A stretch of DNA of 64,000 nt from Nitrosopumilus sp. (lineage in GTDB: Archaea > Thermoproteota > Nitrososphaeria > Nitrososphaerales > Nitrosopumilaceae). This document shows positions 22,084 to 30,872 of the stretch, in pieces. Under the pieces are notes generated by a model, which did no database searches, was not told the DNA's origin, and saw only the letters and a list, made by a program, of their open reading frames with translations. The stretch covers positions 448,001 through 512,000 of the forward strand of contig OZ243974.1 in the NCBI GenBank assembly GCA_965214775.1. Direction: 5' to 3'. Within the stretch, counting starts at the first letter, position 1; each line of letters starts with the position of its first letter. The translations under genes were made by a program, and so were the position numbers.

Positions 22084-22225
22084 CAGTAGTTGAAAATGTA
22101 CACTCCGTATGCCACCTGTGTGATGGCACCTCCATCCATCCACGGCTCTGCACGCATGGGATTCCGCATGCCAAAACCACGTGAGACAGCTGTTCTGGTA
22201 AACAAAAGTACATTTTCAACTACTG
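22084..22225. mobile_element. MITE, 142 bp
   Basis: Perfect 18-bp terminal IR CAGTAGTTGAAAATGTAC; 5-bp target duplication TGCAA at 22079-22083 and 22226-22230. Confidence 0.88.
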
Positions 22226-22266
22226 TGCAAGGTAACAGTAATAATTAACAACGGCATTGATCCTGC

Positions 22267-22485
22267 ATGAAGATCAAGTGCCCCAAATGCAAGGAGGATG
22301 CAGAATTGGCGATGGATTTTTCCTTGGTAAAATGTGGCTCGTGTGACCTGGAAATGAGCTATGGCGAATATGTCAAGTTTGTCGCCCATAACGAGTCCAG
22401 ATATTCAGATATTTTGGGGGACTATTCAGGGGATGTCAGGAGCCAGCAGGCAGGTTCTTCTTCTTCTTTGGATGAATGGGATTAA
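22267..22485 (+). CDS. Small zinc-finger protein
   Basis: CPKC...CGSC. Confidence 0.7.
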   Translation: MKIKCPKCKEDAELAMDFSLVKCGSCDLEMSYGEYVKFVAHNESRYSDILGDYSGDVRSQQAGSSSSLDEWD

Positions 22486-22545
22486 CAGCATGGTAAAATC
22501 ATCCACCAGATTAAAATAATTAGTTTAAGAGATTTCTAAACATAG

Positions 22546-23196
22546 TTGGAATTCTTACTTGAGAACATTCTCAATCTAGTTGGATTTTTGGTAGGATTGG
22601 TCATCGGGACAATGTCGCTTGTTGGTTTCCGGAATACGGGCAGTCCCACATTGTTTAGGCTGACAATTGCCTTCTTTTCGATCAGTGTGGGATTTTTTGT
22701 GATTTGGTCAGGATACATGATAGAGGATTTCATAATAAAATCAGGAAGTATTGAAAGGTGGGTTCAGGCATTAGGAATAGGAATTCAGACAGTAGGATAC
22801 TTTTTCATCGCCTTCTCACACAGCATTAAATCATTTTTCCCCAAGTCAAGATACTTTAGATCAGTGGGAGTTTTTCCGTTGTTCCTTGTTTCATCAGTAC
22901 AGCTAGAGCACATCTTTAGATCAGTCTCGTTTATTCTTCTTGCCTATGGCGCAATTGAAACCATACTCTCATATCTTGAAAACAGGAACAAGGGGGCAAT
23001 CTCAGTGGCAGTGGGTCTTGCAATGCTGACCTTTGGAGAGTTTTTAGGATGGTATTCTTTTGTTTTTCCAGAATCAATCTTGGATCATGCTTCCATAATA
23101 ATCAAGATCGGGGGCCTGATACTGCTGTTTATTCCGGTTAGCAAAGTGCCGCTAACCAAGATAAAATTTGACGACGGTTTTGACGGTCTGAAATAG
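22546..23196 (+). CDS. Multi-pass membrane protein
   Basis: About 7 hydrophobic segments. Confidence 0.75.
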   Translation: MEFLLENILNLVGFLVGLVIGTMSLVGFRNTGSPTLFRLTIAFFSISVGFFVIWSGYMIEDFIIKSGSIERWVQALGIGIQTVGYFFIAFSHSIKSFFPKSRYFRSVGVFPLFLVSSVQLEHIFRSVSFILLAYGAIETILSYLENRNKGAISVAVGLAMLTFGEFLGWYSFVFPESILDHASIIIKIGGLILLFIPVSKVPLTKIKFDDGFDGLK

Positions 23197-23295
23197 GCTC
23201 AATTTTTTAAAAGTTTTGATTGGGTTAATTTCTTTTATCTTCTTGGTGTATTGGAAAAAATCATTGCACTATCATAGAAACTAACAGGACAAATA

Positions 23296-23592
23296 GTGCT
23301 AGCAATGACCAGATACAGAACCCACATGAAAATTATCGGGGATATCCTGTACACGGCAAGAGATGATCTGCAGGACGAGGATGGCGCAACAGTCACTTAT
23401 CTGATTAGAAAGGCAAACGTTTCTCATTCAAGAATTTCCAGAATTCTAAAAACCCTGGTATCACAAGGGCTGCTGGAACAAGTTGGTTCACAAGGCTCAA
23501 ACAAATACAAGATTAGCCAGTCAGGAAGGGAGTTCCTGCAGGCATATCACACGTTTAGAAAGTTTGCAGACGATTTTGGATTAAATATTTAA
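23296..23592 (+). CDS. Winged-helix transcriptional regulator
   Basis: YRT...IIGDIL...T.LIRKANVS...L...GLL...YKIS..GREFL. Confidence 0.85.
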   Translation: MLAMTRYRTHMKIIGDILYTARDDLQDEDGATVTYLIRKANVSHSRISRILKTLVSQGLLEQVGSQGSNKYKISQSGREFLQAYHTFRKFADDFGLNI

Positions 23593-23606
23593 TCTTCTTC
23601 TTGTTC

Positions 23607-23705
23607 TTATTCTTCTTTGACGCCATCAAAGCCGTCTGAACCGTCATTATCATCATCATCAAAGTCGTCTTCAAAATCATTGTCTTCGTAATCAAAGGCA
23701 GACAT
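23607..23705 (-). CDS. Very small acidic protein
   Basis: Manual translation MSAFDYEDNDFEDDFDDDDNDGSDGFDGVKEE. Confidence 0.4.
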   Translation of the reverse strand: MSAFDYEDNDFEDDFDDDDNDGSDGFDGVKEE

Positions 23706-23786
23706 TCTTTTTTAGGGCATGCTGCAGCTTTTAAAAACCTATCAGAAAAAGCAACTGTAATTAATCAAAAAAAATCAGAGTGACTG

Positions 23787-24407
23787 ATGAAGGTGCAATG
23801 CGACGAGAAAGGAATTCTAAAGGCCTCCAAAGTTATTAAAAACGGGGGAATTGTAGTTTATCCTACTGATACCGTATACGGGATAGGCTGCAACCCCTAT
23901 CTAAAAGAATCAGTAGACAGAATTTACAAAATTAAAGGCAGGGACAGATCAAAACCGCTGCCCTTGCTAGTTTACTCAGTTGAGACGGCAGAAAAGATTG
24001 TTTTTTTTGATGAAAAGACAAGAAAAATTATTAAAAAGTTTTGGCCCGGAGCGCTGACGGTACTTTTGAAAATTACTGACCAAAAACTAAAAGAATCATT
24101 GGGAATCAAGGACAAGATTGCAATAAGAATTCCAAACAGCAAATGCGCTTTGGATTTATTGCAAAAGACTGATTTTCTTGTTGGAACCAGTGCAAATGTT
24201 TCAGGAGAAGAGCCATTTACAAATCCAGAGGATTGCTCAGCGGCAGGGCTGGCAGAGGATTGCGAGATTTTTGTAGATACGGGAGCCATCAAGAGCAGGG
24301 GAGAGTCAACAATAATCGAAGTAGTAGTGGCAGAAGGAGGAGGGGATGATCAAGTCAAAATCCTTCGAGAGGGTGCCATTAGCAGGGAGGAGATACTTGG
24401 CATATGA
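23787..24407 (+). CDS. tsaC: Threonylcarbamoyl-AMP synthase (TsaC/Sua5)
   Basis: PTDTVYG, KGR...KPL, FWPGALT, TSANVSG. Confidence 0.93.
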   Translation: MKVQCDEKGILKASKVIKNGGIVVYPTDTVYGIGCNPYLKESVDRIYKIKGRDRSKPLPLLVYSVETAEKIVFFDEKTRKIIKKFWPGALTVLLKITDQKLKESLGIKDKIAIRIPNSKCALDLLQKTDFLVGTSANVSGEEPFTNPEDCSAAGLAEDCEIFVDTGAIKSRGESTIIEVVVAEGGGDDQVKILREGAISREEILGI

Positions 24408-24925
24408 ATATGATAGTTACGTGTGCAAGACATCTTGAATCAGATACCGAGGATGAACTGAGGGGCTTTCTTGAGGAATTTGGAGATTCTGAGCCAAAAG
24501 TTGCAATTACAGACATGTCCGGGATTTTAGTTGCAGATACCAAACTAGAGCCAGTTCAGACAGTAAGAAAGATCAAAGAAAAGTTTCTTGACGAGCCCTG
24601 GAGTGTCAGATATTGCCTGAGAATAATTCCCGTTCAAAGGGAGACAGAGTCAAAAATCGGAAGTATTGTTAAAGAGGTATCAGGATTAGGCAGCCAGATA
24701 GACGAGGGTGAGACATATAGGATTTCAGTAGAAAAAAGGAATTCGGATATTTCCAGCCAGGAACTGATTGCAAGCATTGCAAGCAGGTTCAAAAACAAGG
24801 TATCATTGGAATATCCAGACAAGACAATCCTGGTTGAGATTCTTGGAAACAAGGCGGGAGTCTCGATACTGAAAAAATCAGACATTCTGAGTATAGAAAA
24901 AACCAGACGAAGTATGTCAGAGTAG
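24404..24925 (+). CDS. THUMP-domain RNA-binding protein
   Basis: YRISVEKR, VSLEYPD..ILVEI. Confidence 0.85.
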   Translation: MNMIVTCARHLESDTEDELRGFLEEFGDSEPKVAITDMSGILVADTKLEPVQTVRKIKEKFLDEPWSVRYCLRIIPVQRETESKIGSIVKEVSGLGSQIDEGETYRISVEKRNSDISSQELIASIASRFKNKVSLEYPDKTILVEILGNKAGVSILKKSDILSIEKTRRSMSE

Positions 24926-25696
24926 CACGGATGCTTTTTCTATCAGGATATCCTCAAGCGGCGTTTTTGAATTTACAGAGTCGATATGTTTCTGATTGAT
25001 TTTGAAAAAATTTTTGATAAAACTCTGGTTATCCTTTGAAAAAAGAGGTACTGCCAGGTTTTCAGACAGATGAGCGCACAGGGAACTCTGCATTGCCTTG
25101 CTGCCAATTGAAATCAAAATGAAGTTTTTGTTTGGTTTGATTCCGGCAGTCTTTATCGCATCGGAAATTTGCTTGGTAATAGCAAACCTCATCAGCAGAT
25201 CTGTTTCCAATTTTTTTGACAGCAATATTTCGTTTTTTTCTGAGTTCATTGACAGTGAGACTATTTGTCTGAGATGATAGTTGTTCAAAATAAAGCTGCT
25301 TGATATTGCCTGTATCCTTAATTTTGGGTATTTTTCCCGTAATTCATCAATAAATTTGACACCGATTTTTTTGCTGCCTTTGATTTCCATTACCTGGACT
25401 GATTTTTTCTGAGATTCAAAAGCCAATCTTTTGGCGGAGGAGCCTCCATGAATCACAGGAATGATGCTTACGATGTCATTATTTTTGATGATGGATTTTT
25501 TTCCGTCGATGGCTGACGAATCAACGCCATTAATTGCAATCAGAGAGTTTGCAAAGTCTAGTTTGGGACCATTCCCAGGTTGCAAGTTTTCTAATTCCAG
25601 CAGCAGGGATTCGATTGAAATCTCAGATGTCTCAAGACGCAATTGATCTGTCTGGAATGATTTTTTGGCCCCCCCGACAAATTTGACGGTAATCAT
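24917..25696 (-). CDS. MoaD/ThiS ubiquitin-like domain fused to KEOPS subunit Cgi121
   Basis: ITVKFVGG...LIAING.D...IIPVIHGG then Cgi121-like ETDLLMRFAITKQISDAI..AG. Confidence 0.85.
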   Translation of the reverse strand: MITVKFVGGAKKSFQTDQLRLETSEISIESLLLELENLQPGNGPKLDFANSLIAINGVDSSAIDGKKSIIKNNDIVSIIPVIHGGSSAKRLAFESQKKSVQVMEIKGSKKIGVKFIDELREKYPKLRIQAISSSFILNNYHLRQIVSLSMNSEKNEILLSKKLETDLLMRFAITKQISDAIKTAGIKPNKNFILISIGSKAMQSSLCAHLSENLAVPLFSKDNQSFIKNFFKINQKHIDSVNSKTPLEDILIEKASVLL

Positions 25697-25894
25697 TTTA
25701 ATCCAAAAGCTGTAAAGACCTAAAAAGTGTTATTCGGTTTTCTCTTCTGAACTGTCTTCGGCGATACTTTCAGTAGTCGCTTCGGCAGCAGGTTCGGCAG
25801 GCAGGACCATGAAGCTGGTTTGGACACGTGGCCTCCCCGTACGGTTTTTCAGCACATTCTGCCTGGCTGATACGTGGCTATCGTGCCTGCAAAA

Positions 25895-27100
25895 CTACGT
25901 CTGCGAAGCACTGGTGTCGGCTCGGTCGTCTTTAGACACGGAAACGTCTTGACTCCTCAGATTAGTTGGAACTTTGGCTTTGCCGTGTTTATCCAAAACA
26001 CCGTATGCCTCTAGCAGATCTGGATCTGACATGTTGACTATTGCATCGACTGGATCATCGTATTCTCTTTTATGGTCAAAATACCAGAATGCGCTGAGTA
26101 TGTGTACGCCCAACTCCTTCCTTATATAACCTGGAAAAGCGATAAAATCCGAGTCAAATGTAAAGAACACGACTTTGTATTTCTCTGCAAGATCTGCAAG
26201 AAAGGCGGCCCTTGCCAGTATTTGGATGTCGCGCCGGTCGCTATCATTTGATATGCTGATGGAATATGGATACTCGGGATCTTTTCCCTTCTTTACCATG
26301 TTCCATCTTCTTCTTTGTTGAGCTAGGCCGTCATCGTTGTTTATGGATTTGTACATCTTTTCTACTTTTTCCACCCACATATTCTGCATCTCTGACGTTA
26401 ACGTGAGTTGATTTGACTCGACGTCAGATACATTATCGGTGCACTGCTTGTGCTTGGAACTCAACACGGGTTCCAAGTCGTTTTTTCTGGCAACACTCTT
26501 GTATTCGTTCATGACATTTTCCACTATGAAAAATCTCGGTTCGCTGTCAAAAAACGTGGCCATCTTATCGTAAAACTTTTCCTTTGTGTCCAGATAGCTT
26601 TTACAAGCGTTTGTATCTGGCAGCAGAACAATGTTGGGGTTCAAGGATGCTTCCTCTGGCTTTGGTGGTTCGGTCTCTTCTGTCAACCCTTCTGGCTTTG
26701 GTGTTTCGGGTTGTTCGGTCAACCCTTCTGGCTTTGGTGTTTCGGGTTGTTCGGTCAACCCTTCTGGCTTTGGTGTTTCGGGTTGTTCGGTCAACCCTTC
26801 TGGCTTTGGTGTTTCGGGTTGTTCGGTCAACCCTTCTGGCTTTGGTGTTTCGGGTTGTTCGGTCAACCCTTCTGGCTTTGGTGTTTCGGGTTGTTGTGCT
26901 TCTTGTGATTGTTTTACTTTTTCTTCACGAATTTCTTTTTTGATAAATTTAGTAATGTACCCAGCAATCTCATTTTTCAGACATTTGGAACGAATAATTG
27001 AGATTTTATCTAATACCTTCTTATTGTCAGCAAAATCCTCACCGAATTTTGATTTGTGTACATCAAGTACCTCGTAAGAGAGACGTTTTATCCTGTCCAC
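25895..27100 (-). CDS. rps17e: Ribosomal protein S17e domain fused to a 12-aa repeat linker and a PIN-like domain
   Basis: N-terminal FGEDFADNKKVL...IRSK.LKNEIAGYIT (S17e); C-terminal LLPDTN, VMNEY, RDIQIL..A, FFTFDSDF (PIN motifs). Confidence 0.75.
   Translation of the reverse strand: MDRIKRLSYEVLDVHKSKFGEDFADNKKVLDKISIIRSKCLKNEIAGYITKFIKKEIREEKVKQSQEAQQPETPKPEGLTEQPETPKPEGLTEQPETPKPEGLTEQPETPKPEGLTEQPETPKPEGLTEQPETPKPEGLTEETEPPKPEEASLNPNIVLLPDTNACKSYLDTKEKFYDKMATFFDSEPRFFIVENVMNEYKSVARKNDLEPVLSSKHKQCTDNVSDVESNQLTLTSEMQNMWVEKVEKMYKSINNDDGLAQQRRRWNMVKKGKDPEYPYSISISNDSDRRDIQILARAAFLADLAEKYKVVFFTFDSDFIAFPGYIRKELGVHILSAFWYFDHKREYDDPVDAIVNMSDPDLLEAYGVLDKHGKAKVPTNLRSQDVSVSKDDRADTSASQT
26653..26896. 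repeat. 36-bp coding tandem repeat (about 6 copies, EQPETPKPEGLT)
   Basis: Unit TTCGGTCAACCCTTCTGGCTTTGGTGTTTCGGGTTG. Confidence 0.95.
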
Positions 27101-27143
27101 GCTTCGGATAACAACCGGGGTATTTTATACCTATATGCCACCA

Positions 27144-27264
27144 CAGTCTTCCCAGATGTACACGACTCATGGTGGTGGAGACGGCTGCATGCGGATCTGC
27201 AGGCATCATAATCTGAATTGTGGCAAATGTGGAACCGTTTTTCTGGGAACTTCTGGGAAGACTG
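27144..27264. mobile_element. MITE, 121 bp (family A copy 1)
   Basis: Terminal IR CAGTCTTCCCAGA; 5-bp duplication CACCA on both sides. Confidence 0.88.
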
Positions 27265-27797
27265 CACCATATTGGGAGTCGCCGTCGGCAGTACATCCAA
27301 GACCAGCTCCATGCCTAAAACCAAAACACGCCCAAAGCCAGCCGGGCCAGATTCGAACGTAACATCTCGCATCCTGGAAGTCGTTCCAGATTTTAGGCAC
27401 GAATGTGTTCAATCAGGGTTTTCGGGACGACAAAATTCACACCTGAACTTCCAGAGTCCGAGCTGTTACATTCGAACCGGCGCGCACACCACCGCCGCCG
27501 CCAGGCAGAGGAAGACCAGCTGCTGCGACCAATGTTGCTGCTTCTTCTGCCGCCGCTGCCCGACATATGGAGTACGGCGGCACGGGCCGCCTTGTTCCTA
27601 GCCCGTCGACGGGGCGCATCGCCATGCCGCAGGACTGTGCATATCTTTTTGATGTAACCGGTTTTTGCGTGCGTCGTGACATGATGATCCGCATGCGGCA
27701 GTTTGATCTGATCAACACGCTGACGTTTGGAAAATCTTGCGTAGTTTTTAGTCACGGCCGATTGCGCATAAAGTCTATTCTCCTGTGTACAATTGTG

Positions 27798-28559
27798 CTA
27801 TTTCATCGCAGTTTCGATGTTCTGAATAACGTTTTTTGATATTTCGTCAAATGACGGAACTGTTGGAAGTAAGGGGTTTAGATCTACATCCCACTCATTT
27901 TTCATTTTCTTAATGCCGTCTTTTATCTTATCTGATGAAAACTCTTCTTTATAGAAAGACAGTTTTGAATTTGCTAAACTTTTGTCGAGTTCAATGCCTT
28001 GCTCAAAGAGATACCACATATCATACAAATGACGTGGCTTTTGGGCATATGCCAATGCCCGTATTTTTTCAGCCATAATTTCCTCAACACTCATGCTAGG
28101 AATGGAAAAACTACCAGTTTCCAGTATACTGTAAAAATGCTGAATTGGCAGGGTTTCTACGTTCCTAACCACTTCCTCTCTCAAACTAAGGTCGATTTTG
28201 ACGGACATAGGATGACCGTTATAATTCAGGTACTTTACAGAGTATTTTTGACTGCGCTTACCAGTTTCCATCTTCTTGACTTCGGTGAAATTCACATCAA
28301 GTTGCTTGATTTTCTCTTTTAGTAAAGATTCTAGTTCATTTGAGATATCGCTATTACAGGTAAAATCAAGATCCTCTGAAAATCTCGCATCTGGAAAATA
28401 TATTTTTTTGAGTGCAGTGCCTCCCTTAAACACCATTTCAGATATTTTTGAAAATTCTGAAATTACAAGCAACAAGACAGTTGCAGAATAATCTTTTTGG
28501 ATGGTCTCTGCAAACACCCCATGCCTGCCGCCTAGCGACTTTATTTCGTCTGCATCCAT
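27798..28559 (-). CDS. AbiEii-family nucleotidyltransferase toxin (type IV TA)
   Basis: QKDY, FKGGTAL, RFSEDLDF, AEKIRA, RHLYD. Confidence 0.92.
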   Translation of the reverse strand: MDADEIKSLGGRHGVFAETIQKDYSATVLLLVISEFSKISEMVFKGGTALKKIYFPDARFSEDLDFTCNSDISNELESLLKEKIKQLDVNFTEVKKMETGKRSQKYSVKYLNYNGHPMSVKIDLSLREEVVRNVETLPIQHFYSILETGSFSIPSMSVEEIMAEKIRALAYAQKPRHLYDMWYLFEQGIELDKSLANSKLSFYKEEFSSDKIKDGIKKMKNEWDVDLNPLLPTVPSFDEISKNVIQNIETAMK

Positions 28560-28561
28560 TT

Positions 28562-29386
28562 CTAGTACTCCATCCAGCTAAGCAATTCATCCCTTGTTCT
28601 GTTAAGTATTAATCCGTATTCCTTTGAATATGCAATTCTTGTTTTTGCAGCAGTAGGATCAAGAAAACTATAGGGATACCTAGCTGTTTCTTTTTTTATT
28701 TTCTCAGACAGGTTTTTTTCTATATCGAGAATAGTGAGCAGATAGCCCAGTCTGCGTAACACGACATTGATTCCAATTTTTTTGGTTAGTTGATAAATTT
28801 CATCCCAATTGACTTCTTTTCGTATGTTCCACATCGCCTTTGTTACTTCTACTATCCCACCGCAATATTCCGGGTGAGTTAATCCGTCAACCACCGTTTT
28901 TTCTTTTGAAGAAATGTTAAAATGGTTATTTTTTCCTATTCTGTGTTCGACGTATCCAAAAAACTTCTTTTTTGATATGGTGACAAACTGGAATTTTTGA
29001 TTTCCAAACTTTAGGATGCGATTTTTCTTTCGTTTCGGTGTAACGACAAAAACCGTGTAGGGTATCTGTTCTGTCATGTCCCAAAAATTCATCGCAGTCC
29101 AGAATCCGACATAATATTCACCAATTAGTCGAGGTACAATTAGCCAGGGATCCTCAGACCAATATCCCTCAGGACCGGCTCTTGCAGGGATAAGGAGATA
29201 TTTTCCGTTTTCAATTTCTTGTAATCTCTTCTTTTTTTTCAATCCTTCAATTACATTCCAAGCAGCAGAATCTGTTCCTTCAAGAATATTTCTAGCATCG
29301 TCGAAGGTAAAGACACTCATTTTCTTCATTTCCAGACTAAACAGTAGTTTTGTTTCCTGCGGCCCCAACCGTATATTTTGTGCCAT
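28562..29386 (-). CDS. AbiEi-family antitoxin/transcriptional regulator (type IV TA)
   Basis: N-terminal wHTH (GKY), YVGFWTA, TEQIP, EKTVVD, RRLGYLL; directly upstream of the toxin. Confidence 0.9.
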   Translation of the reverse strand: MAQNIRLGPQETKLLFSLEMKKMSVFTFDDARNILEGTDSAAWNVIEGLKKKKRLQEIENGKYLLIPARAGPEGYWSEDPWLIVPRLIGEYYVGFWTAMNFWDMTEQIPYTVFVVTPKRKKNRILKFGNQKFQFVTISKKKFFGYVEHRIGKNNHFNISSKEKTVVDGLTHPEYCGGIVEVTKAMWNIRKEVNWDEIYQLTKKIGINVVLRRLGYLLTILDIEKNLSEKIKKETARYPYSFLDPTAAKTRIAYSKEYGLILNRTRDELLSWMEY

Positions 29387-29536
29387 CTTTCTCTCCTTTA
29401 AAGAGAGATCAGTTGCACAAAATATATATAATTTATGTATCTTTTCTCTCTTCTAAAGAGAGATCAGTTGCACAAAATATATATAATTTATGTATCTTTT
29501 CTCTCTTCTAAAGAGAGATCAGTTGCACAAAATATA
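29385..29536 (-). promoter_or_regulatory. 55-bp tandem repeat (about 2.7 copies) containing a TATA-like box and a palindromic putative operator of the AbiE operon
   Basis: AAGAGAGATC recurs at 29401, 29456 and 29511; TCTCTC-N-GAGAGA palindrome; TTATATATA on the minus strand. Confidence 0.7.
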
Positions 29537-29992
29537 CTATTTGAGGCAAATACTCCCCACATAAGGACGTGGTACTGACACCTTAATGCCGATGTTTTGG
29601 GTGAATTTTTGACCAATTCTGGAAGGTGTGTCCAGACACCACGACCCGGAGAACTTGGCAAAAAACTTTGCAGAACAGGGGCAGCCGCGGAACCTGCTGC
29701 CTATGACAGGCTGAGCCTAGACGAAAGGCCGTAAAAGTACAGAGTTTGGCCTGGATCTTCTGATTAATACCGCCCCGTGATGCGGGTTTGAAGATGTGTG
29801 AAGACTGTGGCCTTCCGGCTCGCAGTATTGCTGTTGACTAGCCTTGAAAAAATCTTGGAAAGGCAATGATCGGCGACAACGAATGTGCAAGACCGGACAA
29901 AAATAGCGATTTGGAATTTTGTGCTTGGAGTGGAGCTTGTCTTTGCGCCATTCAAAACCAGAACCGGCAAAAAACACAGTTTCCAGTCTTTC

Positions 29993-30068
29993 CTACAACA
30001 TCTCCGGAAATTCTTTTGACTCTAATCTTGATTGGTTCTATTGCAGAAACAGCAGGCAGCTTGGGCAT
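29993..30068 (-). pseudogene. hicA: hicA toxin remnant with internal deletion
   Basis: Starts MPKLPAVSAIEPIKI and ends out of frame KEFPEML*; lies downstream of the hicB pseudogene. Confidence 0.5.
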
Positions 30069-30175
30069 GTATCTCTACGGTCGTATGTGGTCACGTCCCC
30101 TTGCTAGCTAGGCACGAAGATTACAATCATTCATGCTAATTCGTGCCTGACTGATGGGGGTAGGTGACCTCGTAC

Positions 30176-30373
30176 CTACGGTCTCTTTGCCAACGTGGAA
30201 GGAATAGGCTCGCCGTGTTTTTTTAGGCTGGACAAGTATCCCGACATGGCATCCTTGGCGTTTGCGACGGCATCCTGTCTGGTTCTTCCCTAGGATATGC
30301 ACCCGGGAAGATCAGGTACCTCGGAGACAAACACCCCGTCTTCGTCTTGCTTTACGAGTATTCTAAATCTCAT
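30176..30373 (-). pseudogene. hicB: hicB antitoxin with internal TAG stop
   Basis: MRFRILVKQDEDGVFVSEVPDLPGCIS*GRTRQDAVANAKDAM...GEPIP. Confidence 0.85.
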
Positions 30374-30420
30374 TTCAATCATATGCCGAGTCATTTGATA
30401 TAAAAATCAAACAGGTGACT

Positions 30421-30541
30421 CAGTCTTCCCAGAAGTACGCGATTCATGACTGTCCAGATGCCGGCAAGTGAATCTGCAGGCGTCATAACTTGGTTTGCTT
30501 CAAATCCAGAACCGTTTTCCGGGTTACTTCTGGGAAGACTG
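30421..30541. mobile_element. MITE, 121 bp (family A copy 2)
   Basis: 17-bp IR CAGTCTTCCCAGAAGTA; 5-bp duplication TGACT. Confidence 0.9.
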
Positions 30542-30586
30542 TGACTGTTTTGTGACGTTGGCCGTATGCGGGGGGTTGCCGCCTAT

Positions 30587-30668
30587 TAGACTTTATGCGT
30601 AATCGATCCAAAACTAGGATTATTACGAACAAATTCATCTCATTCAGATCGATTACGCATAAAGTCTA
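30587..30668. mobile_element. MITE, 82 bp (family B)
   Basis: Perfect 22-bp IR TAGACTTTATGCGTAATCGATC; related copies at 59020 and 60619. Confidence 0.85.
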
Positions 30669-30850
30669 TTTGACACCAAGGTTCTTTTGCCCAAAGATGT
30701 CAAAGACAGCAGTCTTTTCAAGGTGGCGTGGTTAGCGTCATCACGCTGCACATATAATGCCTTGAGAATTTGGACAAATGTGCCGCATCCCAGATTGTGC
30801 GGAATTCTCCATTTGGCATCATCCGTGTCTTGATCTTTTTCTGCACTCAT
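30669..30850 (-). pseudogene. Truncated gene (MSAEKDQ...) cut by a MITE
   Basis: ATGA-coupled to the reconstructed end of the 32018-32824 gene; frame runs into the family B MITE. Confidence 0.5.
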
Positions 30851-30872
30851 GTTTTTGCGTTGGTGTTTGCTG

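Noticed and set aside
21758-22219. N-terminal extension of the YggX-like ORF
   Set aside because: The extension is an open frame through the MITE at 22084-22225
27335-27365. GTTCGAATC on the minus strand resembling a tRNA T-loop or att site
   Set aside because: No T-stem, cloverleaf or second copy could be found
29385-29536. Possible CRISPR array
   Set aside because: The sequence between the palindromes is identical, so this is a tandem duplication
30290-30292. In-frame TAG in hicB as pyrrolysine or readthrough
   Set aside because: A single C-to-T change from a Gln codon next to a deleted hicA; ordinary pseudogenisation is the simpler explanation
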